A DNA stretch of 64,000 nt. It comes from Myxococcota bacterium (lineage in GTDB: Bacteria; Myxococcota_A; UBA796; UBA2385). Numbering within the stretch: the first letter of the stretch is position 1; the number at the start of each line of letters is the position of its first letter. The position numbers and the translations under genes are program-made. The stretch spans positions 96,001-160,000 of the forward strand of contig JBIJDH010000004.1 of assembly GCA_044344255.1 (NCBI GenBank). Reading direction: 5' to 3'. Under the pieces are notes generated by a model that saw nothing but the letters and a program-made list of their open reading frames with translations, had not been told where the DNA came from and made no database searches. Positions 58,001-64,000 of this stretch are shown here, one piece after another.

Positions 58001-58446
58001 GGTGCCTGGGTCCGAGCTGGGCTGGCGGCACCCGGCTCGAGGGTGCAGAGGTTCCGCCGCCATGCGTCCTCCCGCTTCCAGCCTTGGCGGGTGGCGCAGC
58101 GGGCCCAGAGGCGGATGTCCGGCTCAGGGTGACCGTCCGCCTTACAGAGCCGTTGGCCGAGCCGGTCGGCGGCGGCGAGGTTGCCCACGGTGCGCACGCT
58201 GTGGGGCGCGGTCTCTGGGCGGAGGTCGAGGAGCTCGTATCGATCGAGCTCCTCTCGTGTGCCGTCGGTGTGCTGGGCGTAGTAGCGCACATCACAGACA
58301 TCGAGGCCGTAGCCGACGAACATCACCCACTGGCCCAGCCAGGGCAGGTCCATGTGGCGGACCTGCCGGAGGTAGGGCCCGGCCGCGATCACCACCGCCA
58401 GGGTGATGAAGACGAGGGCACGGAGGAGCTCCGCCAGGTGCCGCAT
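57997..58446 (-). CDS. Small membrane-anchored protein coupled to the HTTM gene
   Basis: 149 aa. One N-terminal TM, QWVMF motif, 4 Cys; ATGA overlap with the HTTM gene. Confidence 0.75.
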   Translation of the reverse strand: MRHLAELLRALVFITLAVVIAAGPYLRQVRHMDLPWLGQWVMFVGYGLDVCDVRYYAQHTDGTREELDRYELLDLRPETAPHSVRTVGNLAAADRLGQRLCKADGHPEPDIRLWARCATRQGWKREDAWRRNLCTLEPGAASPARTQAP

Positions 58447-58455
58447 GCGCTCGGG

Positions 58456-59622
<1,167 letters not shown>

Positions 59623-59696
59623 GGCGGACCTCAGGATGATGTGTCTCGGGCCGGGCTCCGGCGGGCCGAGCTTCTTCGGCCCGGGGGAGCGGGATG

Positions 59697-61085
59697 TCAG
59701 ACGGAGGGGGCCGGGTGCTCGATCGCGCACTCGCGGAGGGCCGCGGCGAAGATCCCGGTGGCGACCTGGGCCTCGTCGGCGGTGAGGCAGAGCCCAGGCG
59801 CGAAACGGATCGAGTTGGGGCCGCAGCCGAGGATGAGGAGCCCCTTCTCGAAGCAGCGGGTGACCACCTCGTTCCGGAGCGTGTCGTCCCGGCGGAGGCT
59901 CTGCCGATCCTGAACCAGCTCGACGCCGATCATCAGGCCGCGGCCGCGGACCTCGGCCACCCGCGGGTGGTCGCCGACGGCGCTACGGAGCATGTCCTGG
60001 AAGAGGGGGCCCACGGTGGCGGCGTTCTCGATCAGGCCGGGCTCGCCGTCCGTGCCCTCGAGGAGGTCGAGCGTGGCGGCGGCGGCGGCGCAGGCGATCG
60101 GGTTGCCGCCGAAGGTGCTGGCGTGGGCGCCGGGGGGCCAGCACATGATCTCGTCGCGGGCGATCATCGCCGAGAGCGGCATGCCGCTGGCGATGCCCTT
60201 GGCGAGCGAGATGATGTCGGGCTTCACGCCGGTGTGCTGCCAGGCGAACATCTTGCCGGTGCGCCCCATCCCGCTCTGCACCTCGTCGAAGATGAGGAGG
60301 ATGCCGTGGCGGTCGCAGATGTCGCGCAGGCCCTGGAGGAAGTCGGTCGGAGGGATGACGTAGCCACCCTCACCCTGGATCGGCTCGACCAGGATCGCGG
60401 CGAGCTCCTCGGGGGTGATGAGCTTCTGAAAGAGCAGCTCGATGTGGTCGAGGGCGAGGCGGGTGGCCTCGGGGCCCTGTCGCAGGGGGTCTGGATAGAG
60501 GGCGTGGTAGACGCCGGGGACGAGCGGACCGAAGCGGGCCCGCTGCACGCTGCGGCTCGAGGTCACCGAGAGCGAGCCCATCGAGCGGCCGTGGAAGGAG
60601 CCGAGGAAGCCCAGGATGCCGGTGCGGCCCGTCTTCCAACGGGCGAGCTTCAGCGCGGCCTCATTGGCCTCGGTGCCGGAGTTTCCGAAGTAGACTCTGT
60701 GCTTGTCACCCTTCACCGAACCCAATTTCGAGACGCGGTCTGCGAGGGCGGACTGGGCCGGATAGTAGAAGTCGGTGCCCGACATATGGATGAGGCGGGC
60801 GGCCTGCTCCTGGATGGCCTTCACCACGGTCGGGTGGCAGTGGCCGGTGGAGCAGACGGCGATGCCGCTCGTGAGGTCGAGGAACTCGTTTTCGTCGGGG
60901 TCGATGACCCAGCAGCCCTCCCCACGGTCGGCCACCAAGGGGTAGTCGCGGGTGTAGGAGGTCGAGACGGCGGCCGAGGACCGCGAGATGATCGCCTTGG
61001 CCTTGGGGCCGGGCAGCTCAGTGCGGAGGACCGGGCGGCGGGGGGCAGAGCCCTCGGCCAGCGCTGGGATCTGCGCGGAGGTCAT
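59697..61085 (-). CDS. Class III PLP aminotransferase (4-aminobutyrate/5-aminovalerate/acetylornithine aminotransferase family)
   Basis: 462 aa. GHCHP, NSGTEANEAALK, FHGRS, EPIQGEGGY, FDEVQSGMGRTG, AKGIASG, HASTFGGNP. Confidence 0.92.
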   Translation of the reverse strand: MTSAQIPALAEGSAPRRPVLRTELPGPKAKAIISRSSAAVSTSYTRDYPLVADRGEGCWVIDPDENEFLDLTSGIAVCSTGHCHPTVVKAIQEQAARLIHMSGTDFYYPAQSALADRVSKLGSVKGDKHRVYFGNSGTEANEAALKLARWKTGRTGILGFLGSFHGRSMGSLSVTSSRSVQRARFGPLVPGVYHALYPDPLRQGPEATRLALDHIELLFQKLITPEELAAILVEPIQGEGGYVIPPTDFLQGLRDICDRHGILLIFDEVQSGMGRTGKMFAWQHTGVKPDIISLAKGIASGMPLSAMIARDEIMCWPPGAHASTFGGNPIACAAAAATLDLLEGTDGEPGLIENAATVGPLFQDMLRSAVGDHPRVAEVRGRGLMIGVELVQDRQSLRRDDTLRNEVVTRCFEKGLLILGCGPNSIRFAPGLCLTADEAQVATGIFAAALRECAIEHPAPSV

Positions 61086-61160
61086 GTGGGGGACCTTAGT
61101 CGAGGAGGGGTCCGGCCCGTAGCCCGCCCCGGGGGAGGGGTCAACGAAGGGCCGCGGGCC

Positions 61161-62819
61161 CTAGTGCGCATACTCGAGGGCCATCAAGTCCCAGGCCATC
61201 TCGACGGGTGCTTGATCGTCTACGAGCACCTGGGCGTCCTCCCAGCCGGGCACCGGGCCGGCGACGCGGCTCCGCAGGCGGTCGCGCAGGCTGTCGAGGG
61301 CGAGGGAGGGCGGGAGCTTGTCGAGGTTGTCTGCCCCGAGCATCATCGACTTCTCGCGGCGCGTCGCCAAGATGACGTCGTTGGCCTTGGTCGCGTTGAC
61401 CAGCACCACCGTGGGGAAGACCTCCCGCAGCGTGCGGTAGATCATCGCCGACAAGGACGCGCTCACACCGCGCACGCTGGCCACGTTCACCGCGAGGACG
61501 CCGTCGTCTCCAAGGTGGTCGTAGACGGCCTCGAAGAACTCGCGGGTGACGAGGTGGAAGGGGATGTAGGGCTGGCGATAGGCGTCGATCTGGATGAGGT
61601 CGTACCGCTTGTCGGTGACCGACAGCCAGACGCGGCCGTCCATCACGATCGGCCGGAGGGCGGGGTTGGCGTTGTCGAAGTAACGGCGGCCGGCCTCGAC
61701 CACCGCGCCGTCGATCTCGACGCCGTCGATCCGGGCCGCGGGGAAGGCGTCGAGCATCTGTCGGGCCATCGTTCCGCCGGCGAGGCCGATGATGAGCACG
61801 TCGCGGAGGGACTGGGGGTCGTCCATCCAGAGCGGGGCGGCGGCCATGTAGGTCCAGTAGCCCCGGATGTCCTTCTGCGGGTCGGGGCACTTGACCGAGT
61901 GAACGCCGATGCCCTCGTTCAAGTAGAGGTGGTAGGCGTCGGGGCAGTCGCCGTACGGCTCCTGGACCACCTGGATGAAGTGGTAGGTGCTCTCCTCTTC
62001 GTAGACGAGGCCGGGCATCGGGCGGATGGTGCCGGTGGGGAGGAGGAGCAGGAGCGCGGAGCCCGCCGGCGGCAAGGCTCCCTTCGCGCCGCCCAAGAAG
62101 CCGACGGCGCTCACCGCCAGCAGGACGGTGCCCACGGCGATGAAGGTGTCCCGCACGCCGAGCGCGGGCACGAGCACGAGGGCCGGCAGGAAGGTGCCGA
62201 GGATGCTGCCGAAGGTGGAGAGGGCGTAGAGCCGCCCCGCCACCTTGGCGCTGCCCTCGACGGTGTCGATGGCGAGGCGGATCGCCCAGGGGCTCACCAT
62301 GCCGAGCAGCGTGATCGGGCCCGCCATGATCGCCAGCGTGCCGAGGATGCCGCCGACGATGGTGGCGATGGCGACGGCGGGCTCGGAGACCTCATCTCCC
62401 TGGACGAGGGGGCGCAGCACCGCCGCGGCGGCCTGCAGCACCGGCTGGCCGATGAAGGGGATGACGAGCACGAGCAGCGAGGCCGCGAAGGTCACCTTGC
62501 AGAGCGCGGGGAGCGTGGGGTGGCGGTCACCGAAGCGCCCGCCGAGCGAGTAGCCGAGCGACAGGAAGCCCATCAACGTGCCGATGAGCACGGTGGTCAC
62601 GACGAGAGAGGTGCCGAAGTACGGCGCCAGGAGGCGCAGCCCGGCCATCTCGACGGCCATCACGGCGGCGCCGCTCGTGAAGACCAGCACCTGGAGGTGC
62701 CGACGGGGCGGCGGCGGGATGACCCCCCGCGGCGGCGCAATGTCAGCGCCAAGCGCGGTGGGGCTGACGGGCGTGTTCGGGCTAATAGGGGCTCTCTCCC
62801 AGCGCTTCGAGGGCCTCAC
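61161..62819 (-). CDS. Fused membrane domain / spermidine synthase-like SAM-dependent protein
   Basis: SGAAVMAVEM..RLLAPYFGTS, GRLYALSTFGSILGTF, IIGLAGGT, VEIDG, MDGR, DAYRQPYIPFHL.TREFF, DDQAPVE. Start uncertain. Confidence 0.87.
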   Translation of the reverse strand: MRPSKRWERAPISPNTPVSPTALGADIAPPRGVIPPPPRRHLQVLVFTSGAAVMAVEMAGLRLLAPYFGTSLVVTTVLIGTLMGFLSLGYSLGGRFGDRHPTLPALCKVTFAASLLVLVIPFIGQPVLQAAAAVLRPLVQGDEVSEPAVAIATIVGGILGTLAIMAGPITLLGMVSPWAIRLAIDTVEGSAKVAGRLYALSTFGSILGTFLPALVLVPALGVRDTFIAVGTVLLAVSAVGFLGGAKGALPPAGSALLLLLPTGTIRPMPGLVYEEESTYHFIQVVQEPYGDCPDAYHLYLNEGIGVHSVKCPDPQKDIRGYWTYMAAAPLWMDDPQSLRDVLIIGLAGGTMARQMLDAFPAARIDGVEIDGAVVEAGRRYFDNANPALRPIVMDGRVWLSVTDKRYDLIQIDAYRQPYIPFHLVTREFFEAVYDHLGDDGVLAVNVASVRGVSASLSAMIYRTLREVFPTVVLVNATKANDVILATRREKSMMLGADNLDKLPPSLALDSLRDRLRSRVAGPVPGWEDAQVLVDDQAPVEMAWDLMALEYAH

Positions 62820-63171
62820 GGGCCGAGCGCCTCACCTCAGGGTCGAGGTCGTCGGTGCGCTCACGGAGCGCATGGGTGGCCTCGCGGGCCCGGAGGTCCT
62901 CGAGGGCGCGGCACGCCTCGGCGCGGACGGAGGGGTCGTGATCGTGCAGCGCCTCCATCACCGCGGGGATGGCGCGAGGGTCTTCGGTGAAGCCCATGAG
63001 CTGGATCGCATAGAAGCGCAGCAGGGGCTCGCGCGGGTTGAGCTTGTAGAGCTCAGCGAGGTCTGGGAGGGCCTCGGCGCGGTCGAAGAGCACGGCGTCA
63101 AAGGCGGCGTCGGCCCGACGGGGGTCGGGATCGGTCAGCGCTTCGAAGAGGTCAGCGTAGCGGGGGCGCAT
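62782..63171 (-). CDS. HEAT-repeat protein
   Basis: 129 aa. Repeats ALHDHDPSVRAEACRAL and DDLDPEVRRSAREAL. Confidence 0.82.
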   Translation of the reverse strand: MRPRYADLFEALTDPDPRRADAAFDAVLFDRAEALPDLAELYKLNPREPLLRFYAIQLMGFTEDPRAIPAVMEALHDHDPSVRAEACRALEDLRAREATHALRERTDDLDPEVRRSAREALEALGESPY

Positions 63172-63278
63172 GAGGCTCTCGACGGGTGCTCATCACGAGG
63201 GGCCGCCTCATAACGTACCCACGGGGATGGGTTAAGGTCGGGCGCCAATTATTGAGGTCGTCAATTGATGATGTCGCC

Positions 63279-64000
63279 TTGCTGATCCTGCTCTCCAATG
63301 ATGATGGCATCGACGCCCCCGGCCTCGCGGCCTTGGAGCGGGCCTTTGCCCCCTTGGGAGATGTGGTGGTGGTGGCGCCGGCGGAGGAGCAGTCGGCGAA
63401 GAGCCACTCGCTCACCATGTTTGAGCCCCTGCGGGTGAGCCGGCGGGGTGAGCGGCGGTATGCCGTGACTGGCACGCCGGCCGACTGCGCCTACATCGGC
63501 GTCCATCACCTGTGCGGCCGGCCCCCTGACCTCGTCGTCTCGGGCGTGAACCGCGGCGTCAACCTGGGAGATGACGTGCATTACTCGGGCACGGTCGCCG
63601 CGGCGATGGAGGGGGCCCTGATCGGAGTGCCCGCCGTGGCCGTGAGCCTCGCGGCGGCGCCTGGCAAGCGGGACGACGCCCGCCCCTGGGACCTCGCCGC
63701 CGGCCTCGCGCTGCGGGTGGCCCGGGCGCTGCTCGACGACCCCCTCGACGGCCACGCCTTCCTCAACTTGAATGTGCCGGACGTGCCCGAGCTTCAAGGG
63801 TTGAAGGTCGCCCGCCAGGGCAAGCACTGGTACCACCCGCTGGTGGAGCAGAAGGAGGACCCTCGGGGTCGCCCGTACTTCTGGCTCGGCGGCGACCACC
63901 GGGCGTATTGCGACGAGCCTGACACCGACGGACACTGGTTCGCGAGGGGCTACGCCACGCTCACGCCGATGCGCCCCGACCTCACGGCCCACCGCCTGCT
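63279..64000 (+). CDS. surE: 5'/3'-nucleotidase SurE (runs off window end)
   Basis: Manual translation from TTG at 63279: LILLSNDDGIDAPG...VAPAEEQSAKSHSLT...GTPADC...SGVNRGVNLGDDVHYSGTVAAAMEG...LNLNVP...DPRGRPYFW. Confidence 0.95.
   Translation, partial: MLILLSNDDGIDAPGLAALERAFAPLGDVVVVAPAEEQSAKSHSLTMFEPLRVSRRGERRYAVTGTPADCAYIGVHHLCGRPPDLVVSGVNRGVNLGDDVHYSGTVAAAMEGALIGVPAVAVSLAAAPGKRDDARPWDLAAGLALRVARALLDDPLDGHAFLNLNVPDVPELQGLKVARQGKHWYHPLVEQKEDPRGRPYFWLGGDHRAYCDEPDTDGHWFARGYATLTPMRPDLTAHRL

Noticed and set aside
59694..62990. 1098-aa plus-strand ORF, and similar long ORFs at 30761-33874, 38924-41290, 53609-56179, 650-2557 and 12293-14332
   Set aside because: Antisense shadows of well-supported genes, expected at this GC content; they have no motifs of their own.

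Overview
Very GC-rich bacterial chromosomal window. By inference it is from a Myxococcota/deltaproteobacterial lineage, based on gene order gspC-D-E-F, a sigma54-type promoter and many Asp/Gly-rich lipoproteins. About 50 CDS were called; no rRNA, tRNA or CRISPR array was recognised. 1-34 kb is mostly core genes: type II secretion gspCDEF, a class III adenylate cyclase, a degenerate nicotinate phosphoribosyltransferase homolog, a dksA-galU-priA operon, pepP, LOG, a ferredoxin, an adenosine deaminase-like protein, queG, trxB, a DEDDh-WYL exonuclease, a large PHP lipoprotein and a porin. About 35-54 kb is an accessory stretch of secreted and lipoprotein genes: vWA, agmatine/peptidylarginine deiminase, lipocalin, beta-helix, knottin-like mini-lipoprotein with tandem repeats, GH113, dockerin+cohesin-like protein, alpha/beta hydrolase and Ig+PHP. 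It also holds pnuC-nadR and a decayed ISAs1. 54-64 kb has a DEG7/Nma111-type double HtrA protease, queD, an HTTM two-gene module, glutaryl-CoA dehydrogenase, a class III aminotransferase, a fused membrane/spermidine synthase, a HEAT protein and a partial surE. The most notable items are the intact but catalytically eroded PncB, the eukaryote-type DEG7/Nma111 protease, the dockerin-cohesin lipoprotein and the knottin-like lipoprotein with three tandem repeats. All family calls come from motif recognition by eye, not database searches.
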